Shown here in pieces: positions 10,232-22,247 of a stretch of DNA of 64,000 bases. The DNA comes from Vulcanimicrobiota bacterium (GTDB lineage: Bacteria > Vulcanimicrobiota > Vulcanimicrobiia > Eremiobacterales > Eremiobacteraceae): assembly GCA_963805945.1 (NCBI GenBank), contig CAWDVP010000005.1, forward strand, positions 19,012 through 83,011, read 5' to 3'. The notes beneath the pieces were generated by a model, which was not told the DNA's origin, ran no database searches, and saw only the letters and a program-made list of their open reading frames with translations. Within the stretch, counting starts at the first letter, position 1; every line of letters begins with the position of its first letter. Both the position numbers and the translations under genes were made by a program.

Positions 10232-11527
10232 TCAGACGGCGACCGGAGCGCCGAGCTGTTCCGGGTTCGTGATGAAGCCGGCGACCGCGGACGCCGCCGC
10301 GACATACGGCCCCGTCAGATAGACTTCGCTCTTCACGTGCCCCATGCGGCCGCGGAAGTTGCGGTTCGTGGTCGAGATGCAGCGCTCGCCGTCGCTGAGC
10401 ACGCCCATGTGGCCGCCGACGCACGGGCCGCAGGTCGGCGTCGAGACGACGCAGTTGGCGTCGATGAAGATCTCCGTCAGCCCCTCGATGATGCACTGCT
10501 TGTACACCTTCTGGCTGCCGGGGATGACGATGCAGCGCACGTCTGGATGCACCTTGCGGCCCTTGAGCACTTCCGCCGCCTGGCGCATGTCTTCGATGCG
10601 CCCGTTGGTGCACGTGCCGATGACCGCTTGATGGATCTTGATGTCGTTGAGATCCGACGCGTTCTTGGTGTTCTCGGGCAGCCACGGCAGCGCCACTTGC
10701 GGCTCGATCGTGGAGCAGTCGATCGTGATCACGTTCTGATACTCGGCGTTCTTGTCCGCGGAGTAGACCGTGTAGTTCTTCTTGCCGACGGCGGCGCAGT
10801 ACGCCTCGCTCATCGCGTCGACCGGGAAGATGCCGTTCTTCGCGCCGGCCTCGATCGACATGTTCGCCATGGTGAAGCGGCCGGAGATCGGCAGCTCTTT
10901 CACCACCGGGCCGGTGAACTCGATCGCCGCGTAGATGGCGCCGTCGACGCCGATGCGCCCGATGGTGGTCAAGATGAGGTCCTTGCCGTGGACGTACGGG
11001 CGCAGCGCGCCTTCGTACACGACTTTGATCGTGGGCGGCACGCGTACCCACATCTCGCCGGTGGCGAACGCCGCGGCGATGTCGGTGCTGCCGACGCCGG
11101 TCGCGAACGCGCCGAGCCCGCCGTAGGTCGTCGTGTGGCTGTCGCCGCCGATGATCGTCTCGCCGGGGCCGATCATGCCGTTCTCCGGCAGCACGACGTG
11201 TTCGATGCCGCCGCGCCCGACCTCGAAATAATTGGTGATGTGCTGCTCTTTGGCGAAGTCGCGCATCAGAGTCGCGAGCGTGGCGGTGGCGATGTCTTTA
11301 TTGGGCGTGAAGTGGCTCGGGCACAGCGCGATCTTCTCGGGGTCCCACACCTTGGAGGCGCCTTTGATCTTGCGGAATTCGGTGATCGCGACGGCCGCCG
11401 ACAGCTCGTTTGCCATGACGAGGTCGAGGTCGATGGAGATGATGTCGCCCGGGGAGACGTCGGCCTTGCCCGAGTGCGCCGCGAGGATGGTTTCTGTCAG
11501 AGTCATCGGCCGTGCCATGCGCGTCAT
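10232..11527 (-). CDS. leuC: 3-isopropylmalate dehydratase large subunit (LeuC/HacA type)
   Basis: GIEH, GGDSHTTT.G, IGTCTNGR, PTCGPCVG and STTNRNF.GRMG aconitase motifs. GGAGG RBS. Confidence 0.9.
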   Translation of the reverse strand: MTRMARPMTLTETILAAHSGKADVSPGDIISIDLDLVMANELSAAVAITEFRKIKGASKVWDPEKIALCPSHFTPNKDIATATLATLMRDFAKEQHITNYFEVGRGGIEHVVLPENGMIGPGETIIGGDSHTTTYGGLGAFATGVGSTDIAAAFATGEMWVRVPPTIKVVYEGALRPYVHGKDLILTTIGRIGVDGAIYAAIEFTGPVVKELPISGRFTMANMSIEAGAKNGIFPVDAMSEAYCAAVGKKNYTVYSADKNAEYQNVITIDCSTIEPQVALPWLPENTKNASDLNDIKIHQAVIGTCTNGRIEDMRQAAEVLKGRKVHPDVRCIVIPGSQKVYKQCIIEGLTEIFIDANCVVSTPTCGPCVGGHMGVLSDGERCISTTNRNFRGRMGHVKSEVYLTGPYVAAASAVAGFITNPEQLGAPVAV

Positions 11528-11691
11528 GGACCTCCTGGGGGGGGGCCGAAACGGTGGATTCTCATGGTTCTTCGCGGGGATGGGCCTGGCCTTTGGCGGC
11601 TGCTCGGGAAGAGATTCGCAGCCTCGATGGCCAAGGCTTCGCCGACGTAGGGGTTGATCTTAGATCGATCTGCATAGATGGAGCCCGCGCG

Positions 11692-12209
11692 ATGCTCACA
11701 CGCAATAGACTGATGACATTGGTCGCCACCGTCGCCGCGATCGCGATCCCGGCTTCGGTCTACGCGTACACGCCGCCGCCGGTCTATCAGCTCACGTTGA
11801 AGAAGCCGGACCTCACCATCACCGGCGTCAAGGCTTCGCTCAAGCCGCCGTGCGCGGGCGCGCTGCCGACGCTGCGCTTCCTCGTCACCGTCGCCAACGT
11901 CGGCAAGCTCGACATGAAACCTGGTCCGGTGAATCAGGCGCTGGGCGTCACCGGTCCGTCGCATAAACAATACGCGGATCTGCCGTTCATCGCGGGCCGG
12001 CGGCAAGGTCGTCGTCGAAATGGACTATGTGCCCCAGGCCGTCGAGACGCCGTCGTACCCGGACGACGCGTTCATGTTCAATGCGAACTCGAGCCACCGG
12101 ATCGTCGAGTCCAACTACGACAACAACACGTTCACGTTGAAGCCGGCGATCGCGCCGCCGTATTGCGGGTCAGCACCCGCGCCTGCGTCTTCGGATCGGC
12201 CTTCTCTAG
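11692..12209 (+). CDS. Secreted CARDB-like Ig-fold protein (frameshifted)
   Basis: Signal peptide, then PDLTIT...VTVANVG and, after a frameshift near 12000, IVESNYDNN. The end is inferred at the CTAG shared with the convergent gene, which needs a second indel. Confidence 0.55.
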
Positions 12210-13013
12210 CTCTTCCCGAAGAACGAGGTGATGTCGAAGAACATGCTCGCCTCGTTGTGGCCGCTCTCGCAGCTAAGGTCGAGCTGGTCGTAGTGGTGGC
12301 CGCCGACCGTCAGCGTCGTCTGGTTCAGGATCAGCCACTGCGGGCAGCCGCCGCGGTGCGTCGCGTAATAGCGCTCGAACGCGACGCCGTCGGCTTCGGT
12401 GCGCGCCTGCACCACGTATGCGCGGCCGATGCTCGCGCCGTCATGCGGGTCCTGCACAAGCGGGGGGCCGGCGGGCGGCGGCCCGGGCGCCTTCGCATCG
12501 AAGAGCGAGATCGCGTGGACGACGCCGGCGTCGAATTCGTACAGCGACGAGAAGCCGTTGCCGTCGTCATACACGACGACCGCCGCGACTTCGCTGAGGC
12601 GCCGCCTTCTCGCGGGCAAGCCGCGGCGCGCTTGCACCGAACCGGCTTCGTCGCCGGGCGTGACGCCCCACGGATCGGTCATCCGGTCACCGGCCGGTGT
12701 CGGAAATCGGAAACGCGCGCACGTAGGTGATGACGCCGTCGCGCGCCGCGACGATCATGTAGCCGTTCTTGTCGGCCGTCGGGTACCAATCGATGATGGA
12801 GCCGTCCGGCAGCGTGCGCACGAGCAGCGGCGGGCCGAGACGGGCGTGGATGTGCGCGAGCTGGTCGCCGGGTGCGATGCCCTGCCACATGTACGCACCG
12901 GGCGGCGGCGTTGAAAACGGGGTCGCAGTGGGCGCCGGCGTGGGTGAAGGAGACGGCGACGGCGTCGCACTCGACGCCGCTAGAACGATCGCCGCTATGA
13001 CCGCTGAAATCAA
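12206..13013 (-). CDS. Secreted hypothetical protein with internal repeats (frameshift near 12685)
   Basis: TTG start overlapping the permease stop, signal peptide, PS/PT linker, and repeats WQGIAPGD..IHARLGPP / DPWGVTPGD..VQARRGLP. Confidence 0.6.
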
Positions 13014-14326
13014 GCGGCTTTGCGCTTCGCGAGCGACGCCGTGAAAGCCGGCGCGAGAAATCCGATGATGATGCCGAGGACGATGCAGCCGATTGCGGCG
13101 ATCTGGTCGACGCGGCTCTGATCGTGGAAGTTCTTGATGAGCAGCGCGGTGAGCCCGATGGTGCCGATCGCCGGCAAGACCACGCGCGTGAGGTCGAACC
13201 AGCGCGTGCCCTTGCGCAAGAAGTAGACCACGCACGCGGCGCCCGTGGCGATGAACGTCATGCCCAGCAGGATCGAGACGATATTGTCGACGTCGTCGAG
13301 GCTCGCATACACCGTGGGCTCGAAACCCAACAAGAGCGCCAACACGAGCGCGCCGAGCGTCACCACGGCGATGCTGAAGGCAGGCGTGCCGAATTTCGGA
13401 TGGACTCTGCCGAACGCTTTGGGCAGCAGCCCGTCACGCGCGGCGGAGAACAGCAAGCGCGAGAGACCGAGCTGGCCGGTCCACAGCGTCGCGCCTGTGG
13501 ACACGATCACGGTGAGCACCATCGCCCACGTGCGCCAGCCGCCGCCGAGCTGATCGGCGACATAGGCAAGTGTATCGGTGGCGTGCGCGGCAAGGCCGGA
13601 AAGCGGCGCGACGCGCATGAATGCGACCGCGCACACCAGCATGAGCGCGGTCGTGGCGATCAAGGCGACCAGTGCGCTTCGCCCCGGTTGGCGCGTTGAG
13701 CCCGTGTTCTCCTCGGACGTATAGGTGGAGATCTCCCAGCCATCCGCGACCCAGATCGCCAGCACCATGGCGGTGAGAAAACCAGAACCGCCGCCTGTGC
13801 CCCAAGTGAGCAGCGATCCCGTGTGGCCGCCGGGGACGACGGGATGCATGAGCGCGAAGGCTGCGAAGAGCAGCAACGCGCCGACTTCGAGGATGAGGAA
13901 GACGGCCGAAGCGTCGGCGGTCGGGCGCATGCCCCACGCGAGCAGTAAGCCGGCGGCCAAGATCCACGCACTGCCGACGACCGCCACCGCGAGCGGATTG
14001 TCAGCCGCTTGTGGTCCCACCAGATGCAGCGGGCTGTTGAGGAAACGCAACGTGTAGACGCCCGCAGGCACCACGGTGGCCATCGCTGCGCCGAAGTACG
14101 AGAGCATCACGATCCAGCCTGAGAACGCCCCTGTGCGCGTGCCGAACGCGAGGCGTGCCCACGCATAGGTCGACCCGGCATCGGGGCATTCCTCGCACAT
14201 GCGATGGAACGCGATCGCGATGAACATGACGGGCACGGTGAGGATGACGAGCGCGAGCGGCGCGCCTGCGCCGGCGGCTGCGATCATCAGTCCGAAGGTG
14301 GCCGCGATGGAATACGCGGGCGCCAT
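13010..14326 (-). CDS. APC family amino acid permease
   Basis: About 12 hydrophobic segments; ASMAPAYS, PDAGSTYAW, GWE..TY.SEE and RDGLLP..FGRVHPKFGTP. The family-like N-terminus LARVLGFVDL lies upstream of the called ATG, so the true start is near 14390 or further upstream. Confidence 0.9.
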   Translation of the reverse strand: MAPAYSIAATFGLMIAAAGAGAPLALVILTVPVMFIAIAFHRMCEECPDAGSTYAWARLAFGTRTGAFSGWIVMLSYFGAAMATVVPAGVYTLRFLNSPLHLVGPQAADNPLAVAVVGSAWILAAGLLLAWGMRPTADASAVFLILEVGALLLFAAFALMHPVVPGGHTGSLLTWGTGGGSGFLTAMVLAIWVADGWEISTYTSEENTGSTRQPGRSALVALIATTALMLVCAVAFMRVAPLSGLAAHATDTLAYVADQLGGGWRTWAMVLTVIVSTGATLWTGQLGLSRLLFSAARDGLLPKAFGRVHPKFGTPAFSIAVVTLGALVLALLLGFEPTVYASLDDVDNIVSILLGMTFIATGAACVVYFLRKGTRWFDLTRVVLPAIGTIGLTALLIKNFHDQSRVDQIAAIGCIVLGIIIGFLAPAFTASLAKRKAA

Positions 14327-14443
14327 ACTGGCGGACGACAGAATGGAAAGATCGACGAACCCGAGGACGCGAGCGAGGGTTGCCGGCGGCGCTATGCTCG
14401 CACGTGGAGACGCCGCTACCGCGAGGTTATCTATTTCTGTGAC

Positions 14444-15958
14444 TCATGGCGTGTTTTGCAGCGTGTGGAGCGCGTTCAATCTTCCGGCACCTTCCTTTGG
14501 AATGCAGGCGGGAACGCCGAAGCAGATGTCATCGGCGTTCGATTGGAGCACCGTACGTATGATGCCCGGCGCGAGGCTCCCATCGATGCTGTACATCAGC
14601 GCGACGACGCCCGACACGTGCGGCGTCGCTTGGGACGTCCCTGCGATGAGCACCGAGTGATGGCCGGGCTGGATCGCGGTGGTCGAATAGTTGTTGAAGA
14701 TCCACTGGAGGAAGTCGACGCAGGCCTGCACCTTGCAGTTCTGCTGCGCGGTGTCGGGATCGCCGCCCGGCGCCACGAGTGCCAGGCCGTTGCCGTTGTT
14801 CGGCCCGCTGCCCCAGTTCGAATAGCTCGCGATCTTCTCCACCGCCGGGCTCACGGCATCGTTGAGCGCGCTTGCGCCGACGGCGATCGCGCCGTTGCAG
14901 TTCGCCGGCGCTGAGAGGTTCGACGCGCCATCGTTGCCGGCCGCGACGATGACCGCGACGTTATGCGCGACCGCGTTGCTGATCGCCGCGCCCTCGACGC
15001 CCGTATCGCACGGCTGAGCAGCACCGAGGCTGAGATTGACGACCTTCGCGCCGTGCGTGACCGCCCAATCGATGCCCGACGCGATGTCGGCGGTGCTCGC
15101 ACCGGGCGTCGGGTTTGCGACCGAGGGCGTCGGGAAGACGCGCACCTCGAGCAATTCGATATTCCAACCCACGCCCGGGAAACGCAGGCTGTTGTTGGTC
15201 ACCGCTGCGGCGATGGCGCTGACGTTGGTGCCGTGCCCGTCGCCGTCTTGTGCGACTGCGTTGGTGTCTTGCGAGCCGCTGCCGAGATCGAAGACCGCGC
15301 TGTTGACGACCTTCTGGCAGACGTCCGCGTTGTTCGCATCGTAGCCGGTGTCGACCACGGCGATAGTGATGGAGCTGCTGCCCTCGGTTATACCCCATGC
15401 CGCCGGCATCTGCGTGTAGTACATATCCCATTGTGTCGGCGTGTTGGTGGGCGTCGGATAGGGCGGGCCTGCCCCGAAATCTGGATCGTTGGGGATGACT
15501 TCGGTGTAGCGCGCCAAGATCGGCTTGGCCTCGGCGATGCCTTGCGTATGGGTGATCGCGGCGGCGGCGACTTCTGGATCCGACTGCGGCGGTATGCTAT
15601 ACGCAGCGAAGCCGCGCGGACTCGTCGGCCCCACCGCCTGCGCGTTGATGCGCGTCAGCGCGGCCGCGACCGCCGGCTCGGTGCCCGTGCCCGTGAAGCG
15701 CACGAGGATCTTGCCGGGGATGAAGCGCGCTTGCGGGCCGCGCGCCGGCGCGCGAGTGAGAATCGGCTCGTTGTCGATGCTCTGCTGCGCGATGCTGGCC
15801 GCACCGGAATTGCAGCCGACGAGCGGCGTCGTGCCGGGCGTCGGGGTCGAGCCGCCGCCGGTCGTGCTCTTGCTGCCGCACGCCGCGACGATGGCCGCGA
15901 AAATCATGAGGCCGCAGAACAACAAGATGGGCGATGACGCGCCCAAAGAAGGCTTCAT
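14444..15958 (-). CDS. Subtilisin-like S8 serine protease lipoprotein
   Basis: Lipobox IVAA-C. Catalytic triad motifs AVVDTG, HGTNVS and GTSQATPHV; oxyanion motif AAGND. Confidence 0.92.
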   Translation of the reverse strand: MKPSLGASSPILLFCGLMIFAAIVAACGSKSTTGGGSTPTPGTTPLVGCNSGAASIAQQSIDNEPILTRAPARGPQARFIPGKILVRFTGTGTEPAVAAALTRINAQAVGPTSPRGFAAYSIPPQSDPEVAAAAITHTQGIAEAKPILARYTEVIPNDPDFGAGPPYPTPTNTPTQWDMYYTQMPAAWGITEGSSSITIAVVDTGYDANNADVCQKVVNSAVFDLGSGSQDTNAVAQDGDGHGTNVSAIAAAVTNNSLRFPGVGWNIELLEVRVFPTPSVANPTPGASTADIASGIDWAVTHGAKVVNLSLGAAQPCDTGVEGAAISNAVAHNVAVIVAAGNDGASNLSAPANCNGAIAVGASALNDAVSPAVEKIASYSNWGSGPNNGNGLALVAPGGDPDTAQQNCKVQACVDFLQWIFNNYSTTAIQPGHHSVLIAGTSQATPHVSGVVALMYSIDGSLAPGIIRTVLQSNADDICFGVPACIPKEGAGRLNALHTLQNTP

Positions 15959-16021
15959 TCAGCGCCGTTTTTCTGAGGCCGGACCAGACGGACCTTTAGC
16001 GGACTGGTTAAGGGTTTGGAG

Positions 16022-17659
16022 CTAGAATCCGCCGATGCCGTTGGGCGTGCCGTTGCCCGTCGGGCCGTCAAAACCGGTGCCGGCGTCGCAGATGAACGTG
16101 CCCGTGTAATCGGTCAGATAGGCTCCCGTCGGCGTGCACGGCCCGTCGTTGCCGAGCAGCACGTCGTGGAACGAGGCAGTGTGGGAGTACGAGTACGAGC
16201 CGTCGTTGATCGACGCGTAGTTGCCGGCGAGCGCATAGACGCTGGCGATGATGGGCGTCGCGACGCTCGTGCCGCCGTAGACGACCCAACCGCCCGCTCC
16301 ATAGGTCTGATAGACGGCGACGCCCGTGCCCGGGTCGCCCACAGCGGCCACGTCATTTTCGATGCGGTTGCTGCACACGCTCGTGTAGGTTGGTCCGAGC
16401 GCTGCTTGCCAGGCGGGCTGAGGTTCGTAGAGGCTGCAAAGGCTTCCGGTACCCTCAGTGCCAGGGATCGAGTTCCACACGCTTTCCGATTGCGAAGGCT
16501 GTCCGGCATTGATCAGCCGCGTGCCGCCGACCGAGGTGACGTACGCGCCGGCTGCCGGATAACCGCCTGGATAGTCGCCGTCACCGGCCGCAAACGTCAT
16601 CGGGACTCCGGGATGGTGGAAGTACGTCGTATCGGTAGACGTTTCTCCGGAGAATTCGCCCCCGCTCCAGCTGTTCGAGATGACGCTGGCGCCGCACAGA
16701 CCGGCGGCGGTGTTCTCGGCCGTGCCAAGATTGAAGAACGAGTTGTCCGTCGCTTCGACGAGCACGATCTCGCAATTCGGGCAGATCGCCGACGCCATGT
16801 CGACGTCGAGTGATTCCTCGCCCGCCCAGCCGCTGTTCGGCCCAGGCAGCGGCGCCGACAGTCCGGATTGATTCACTTTCAAGAAGCAGCCGTTGGCGGT
16901 CGTGCACGCCGAAAGTCCGAATGTCGAACGATAGACGGCGAGGTCTGCTTCTGCATTCGGATCGTCAAAGGCGTCGACGATGGCGATCGTCGCCGCGGCA
17001 CCGTTCGAGGCCGATGCTGAGGTGAGACCATAGGCCGACTGCAGGTCTGTCGGACCGTAGCCTGATGGTAGCGCGGGTCGGATGATGTCGGTGCGGATCC
17101 ACGACATGCAGCGGGCGCTTCTCGGCCCTGGGGTCCCGCAGACACGCCGCGCAGGACCAGGTCCGATGCGCAGCGGTCGAACCGCGAAGGTCGTCGGCCG
17201 CGGGATGAAGCGCAGGCGACCCAGCATGCGGCTGATCTTGTTCGGGCAGCTGATCGGCGTGCCCGTCGGGGTCGGCGAGGCCGTCGGAGTCGGCGTGGGC
17301 GTGGGCGTCGGGGTGTGCGTCGGTGTCGCCGTTGGCGTCGGCGTTGGAGTGGGCGTGTGCGTCGGTGTCGCCGTCGGCGTAGGGGTTGGTGTGGGCGTGT
17401 GCGTCGGCGTTCCCGTCGGCGTGGGCGTCGGCGTCGGCGTGTGCGTCGGTGTCGCCGTCGGCGTAGGGGTTGGTGTGGCCGTCGGTCCGCCGGTCGGTGT
17501 CGGCGTGGATCCTTTAGGTGTCGGCGTCGGCCCTTGGAGAACGCTGGGTGTGCCGCCGCCACCGCTCGCGCATGCGACGACAAATATCAAGATCATCGCG
17601 GCAGCAAAGAGCGCGATGTGTGGGCCAAACGCGATGAAACGCCGCTTCATACCTTCCAC
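16022..17659 (-). CDS. S53 (sedolisin-like) serine peptidase lipoprotein with long Pro-Thr stalk
   Basis: Lipobox [42 protein letters not shown] and [11 protein letters not shown]. Confidence 0.88.
   Translation of the reverse strand: MEGMKRRFIAFGPHIALFAAAMILIFVVACASGGGGTPSVLQGPTPTPKGSTPTPTGGPTATPTPTPTATPTHTPTPTPTPTGTPTHTPTPTPTPTATPTHTPTPTPTPTATPTHTPTPTPTPTPTASPTPTGTPISCPNKISRMLGRLRFIPRPTTFAVRPLRIGPGPARRVCGTPGPRSARCMSWIRTDIIRPALPSGYGPTDLQSAYGLTSASASNGAAATIAIVDAFDDPNAEADLAVYRSTFGLSACTTANGCFLKVNQSGLSAPLPGPNSGWAGEESLDVDMASAICPNCEIVLVEATDNSFFNLGTAENTAAGLCGASVISNSWSGGEFSGETSTDTTYFHHPGVPMTFAAGDGDYPGGYPAAGAYVTSVGGTRLINAGQPSQSESVWNSIPGTEGTGSLCSLYEPQPAWQAALGPTYTSVCSNRIENDVAAVGDPGTGVAVYQTYGAGGWVVYGGTSVATPIIASVYALAGNYASINDGSYSYSHTASFHDVLLGNDGPCTPTGAYLTDYTGTFICDAGTGFDGPTGNGTPNGIGGF
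17265..17530 (-). repeat. Coding tandem repeat, about ([12 protein letters not shown])n
   Basis: Low-complexity ggcgt/ggtgt units with a roughly 36-nt higher-order period. Confidence 0.9.
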
Positions 17660-17745
17660 GGGTCATCGTCATTCGAGGTTAAGGCCTTGAGCGGCTGTGA
17701 TTTGCCGTCACACCTTGGAGTGCTTAGCGCGTGTGGACCTTCCGG

Positions 17746-19119
17746 CTAGAAGCCACCGATGCCGTTTGGCGTACCGTTGCCCGTTGGGCCGTCATAGCCC
17801 ACTTCGGCGTTACAGAGCAAGAGAAGGCCGGGGCACGAACCGTTGCTTCCGGAGGTTATGTCGTTAAGGTTGCCGGTGTGCGCATAGGAGTAAGAACCGG
17901 CCGTGATGCTGGCACCGTTGCCTGCGAGCGCGTAGACGCCAGCGATGATCGGCGTCGACACGCTGGTTCCGCCGTACACGACCCACCCTGGGCTGGCATA
18001 CGTATCGTACACTGCGACGCCGGTGTTCGGGTCGGCTACCGCCGACACGTCAGCGGCGACGCGTTTTCCACACACGGCGGTAATAGCTGGCAGAGAAGCC
18101 TGCCATGACGGCTGAGCGATGTAGAGACTGCAGTCGCTGCCGCCAAAGGACCAAACGGTTTCCCCGGTGCTCACACAAGGTCCGGGTAGTTTCGCCGTGC
18201 AGAGCGTCGTGCCGCCGACCGACGTCACGTATTGAGAGCTGGTGGGATAGCCGTCGAACGCCGTGTCCGGGTAGCCGCTATCCCCACTGGCGAAGGTGAT
18301 CATCACGCCGGGATGGTTGAAGTGCACCTCGTCCGTGGCCTCCGTGTTGTATTCGTTCCCGTCCCAACTATTCGAGATGACTGTCGCACCGCACGTGGTG
18401 GCAGCGGTGTCCTCGGCGGTGAAGAAATCTGTGTTGCCTTGGCTGTTCGCCTCGACGAGCACGATCTCGCAATTCGGGCAGATCGCAGACGCCATGTCGA
18501 GGTCGAGCGATATCTCGCCGGCCCAGCCTGCGTCGGGCGTCGGGTAGTTGGTCGCTAGCCCGTTTTGGTTCACCTTCATGAAACAGCCGTTGGCCGTCGT
18601 GCACGCCGGCAGCCCGAAGTTCGACCGGTACACGCCGAGGTCGGCTTCCGCGTTCGGGTCGTCCTGCGCGTCAACTATGGCGATCGTCTGATTGGCGCCG
18701 TTTGCCGACGCGGCCGCCGTGAGATTGTACCAGCCCTGTAGGTCTGAGGGGCTGTAGCCCGACGGGGAGACCGCCGAATGGATGTCCGTCCGAATCCACG
18801 ACTCACAGTGCATAAATCCGGGACCCGTGGGAGGACATACCCTACGTGCCGGGCCAGGGCCGATCCTAGCGGAGATTCTTGCGACGCCGAGGTGCGGTGT
18901 CATGCGCATCAATGCCAACGCACGCTCGGCTCGGTGCGCTTTCAATGTGCTACACGAGAGCGGGCCAGCAGTGGGGGTCGCGGTCGGCATCTGCGTCGGC
19001 GGCGACGTGGGCCCGGTCATCGTCGTTCCGCCGCCGCCGCATGCGGCGATGAACACCATGATCAGAGCCGCTGCAAAGAAGACGATATACGGACCGAATG
19101 CCGACACACGCTGCTTCAT
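17746..19119 (-). CDS. S53 (sedolisin-like) serine peptidase lipoprotein, paralog of 16022..17659
   Basis: Lipobox IAA-C; EISLDLD, ASGDSG and GGTSVSTP; same C-terminus [15 protein letters not shown]. Confidence 0.88.
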   Translation of the reverse strand: MKQRVSAFGPYIVFFAAALIMVFIAACGGGGTTMTGPTSPPTQMPTATPTAGPLSCSTLKAHRAERALALMRMTPHLGVARISARIGPGPARRVCPPTGPGFMHCESWIRTDIHSAVSPSGYSPSDLQGWYNLTAAASANGANQTIAIVDAQDDPNAEADLGVYRSNFGLPACTTANGCFMKVNQNGLATNYPTPDAGWAGEISLDLDMASAICPNCEIVLVEANSQGNTDFFTAEDTAATTCGATVISNSWDGNEYNTEATDEVHFNHPGVMITFASGDSGYPDTAFDGYPTSSQYVTSVGGTTLCTAKLPGPCVSTGETVWSFGGSDCSLYIAQPSWQASLPAITAVCGKRVAADVSAVADPNTGVAVYDTYASPGWVVYGGTSVSTPIIAGVYALAGNGASITAGSYSYAHTGNLNDITSGSNGSCPGLLLLCNAEVGYDGPTGNGTPNGIGGF

Positions 19120-19162
19120 AGGCGTGCCTTTCCCAGGACCGCTCTAGGCAACCCTTTATTCC

Positions 19163-19713
19163 TTAAGATGACGAGGGGTTTGTGACGCGGCCTTCCTCAT
19201 ACGTGCCCCTGGTCAGCTCGTAATACGCCACCTCGAAGTTGTAATAGCGCCGCAGCCCGTTATAGGTGAGCCCGGTCTTCTCCAGCACCCGGCGCGACGC
19301 GGCGTTTTCAGGCCGCGCGACTCCGACGATCAGCTCGAGTCGGAGCGTCTCGAAACCGTGTTTGACGACCGCCTGCGCCGCCTCGGTCGCGAAGCCGTTG
19401 CCCCAGAAGCGCTGGCCGAGCGCGTAGCCAACTTCGATGAGTTCGGTCTTGTCGAGCCGTTGCAGCACCGAATGGCCGATGAGTTGCCCCGATGCGCGTT
19501 CTATAGTAGCCCACACTTGATCGCGCGGGTCGCGCTTCGGATCGCTCACGCGGGCGAATGAGGCGAGCGATTCAGGTCTCGAGCGCGCGGTGCCGTCGCC
19601 CGACAGAAAGCGCATGACTGCCGGATCCGAGAGAATGCGCTCGTAGTACGGTTCGAAATCATCCGGCGCGAACGGCCGTAGCAGCAGGCGTGGGCTTTCG
19701 ATGATCGGCGGCC

Positions 19714-19717
<4 letters not shown>
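19163..19717 (-). CDS. GNAT N-acetyltransferase (RimJ/RimL type)
   Basis: RLLLRP, EVGYAL..FWGNGFATEA and N.ASRRVLEK.G. GTG start overlaps the cinA stop. Confidence 0.9.
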
Positions 19718-20957
<1,240 letters not shown>

Positions 20958-20958
<1 letters not shown>

Positions 20959-21338
20959 TACTTGGGCTCGAGCAGCTCGACGACGATCCCGTTTGGATCT
21001 TCCACCATGGCGAGCGCGCGCGTGCCGCCGGGCGACTTCTTGGGCTCTTTCACGATCTTCACGCCGTCGCCGCGTAAGCGCTCGACGACAGCCGCGACGT
21101 CCCCGTCGACTTCGAGCGCGAGATGCTCGTAGCGGTTGCCAAGCGCATACGGTTCGTGCGCCTCGAGGTCGTAGACAAGCTCGATGTACGCGTTCCAATC
21201 CCGGCCGACGAACGCCATGTCGGCGTTGCCCTCGTAGTGCGCCTTGTCGAGGAGTTTGAGACCGAGCTTCTTGGTGTAGAAATCGATCGACTCGTCCATG
21301 TCGTTGACGAAGATCGAGGTGTGGAGATATCTTGACAC
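20958..21338 (-). CDS. VOC family protein (glyoxalase I-like)
   Basis: YLHTSIFVND..SIDFY..LG, IEL, YEHLA and EDPNG..VEL. Confidence 0.85.
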
Positions 21339-21445
21339 GGGTCACGCCTTCCGGTGGAGCGGTCGAATACATTCGACCGTGCGAGCGCTCGTTTACTCGA
21401 CCGTAGTTCCCGGCAGCGGGCGGCGGGAACCTCTCAGGCGAAGGC

Positions 21446-21856
21446 GTGCGGATGGTCAGGTCCGCTCTTCTCGCGTTGTTCGCGCTCGCTGCGTGCGCGG
21501 CCGTCGCGCTGGCGCAGCCAAGCGACGACCCCAACCGGCTCACCGTCACGCTCACGACCGACACCCCGCAGTACATCGGCCCATGCCCGACCGTCATCGA
21601 ATTCGCGGGCCTCATCGTCGGGCCGCCGGGCACCATCGTGCAATACAAGTTCACGCAGCGCTATGGCATCCAGCCGCCGCCATACATGCCGTCGGTGATG
21701 GCGACTATACCGCCATCCGGCCGGCTACATGTCTTCGATGCGGTCGTGATCGACGCCGCGCATGCGGGCGGCCACGGCGAGGATCTGGTCGTGACGCCGG
21801 GCGCGCTCACGGCGACCGCGGCGCTCTACGCCTCGTGCGTTTCCGCGACGAACTAG
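21446..21856 (+). CDS. Secreted single-domain protein (Y-x-G-x-CP module)
   Basis: Signal peptide ending ALA; YIGPCPTVIEFAGLI resembles segments of the 35816 and 52539 proteins. Confidence 0.6.
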   Translation: MRMVRSALLALFALAACAAVALAQPSDDPNRLTVTLTTDTPQYIGPCPTVIEFAGLIVGPPGTIVQYKFTQRYGIQPPPYMPSVMATIPPSGRLHVFDAVVIDAAHAGGHGEDLVVTPGALTATAALYASCVSATN

Positions 21857-21872
21857 CGCGTAGGGTCGCTCG

Positions 21873-22247
21873 CTAGCGACGCACGGGGATGAGTTTCCGC
21901 AATCCTTTGTCGCGCAACAGAAGGCCCAGCCACACCAAGACGCCCATGATGACCGGGAAGATCTCTTCGAACGTCGGCGAGCCGGCGCGCACCTGGATGG
22001 CGGTCGCGCCGCCGAGGTAGCCCGTGAGCAGGACCGCGCCGAGCACGGCGGTGCGTGGAATCACGTAAAGGATGACGCAGAGCAGTTCGAGGACGCCGAT
22101 CCAGAGCGTCAGACCCATGGGGAATTGGAGACGTGTCATCGCGTCGATGACCGGGGCGGGCTGGAACATATGCAAGCCGGCGTCGAAGAGCAAGAACAGC
22201 GCTGCGATCGCGGTGAGGATGCGGCCGGCCCAGAGGGTCGCCCTCAT
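21873..22247 (-). CDS. DoxX-like family membrane protein
   Basis: IGVLEL...LYVIPRTAVLGAVLLTGYLGGA motif; ATG overlaps the upstream stop. Confidence 0.85.
   Translation of the reverse strand: MRATLWAGRILTAIAALFLLFDAGLHMFQPAPVIDAMTRLQFPMGLTLWIGVLELLCVILYVIPRTAVLGAVLLTGYLGGATAIQVRAGSPTFEEIFPVIMGVLVWLGLLLRDKGLRKLIPVRR

Noticed and set aside
14620..14645. GTSQA instead of GTSMA in the S8 protease as a novelty
   Set aside because: The catalytic Ser is intact and variation at the following residue is common among subtilases.
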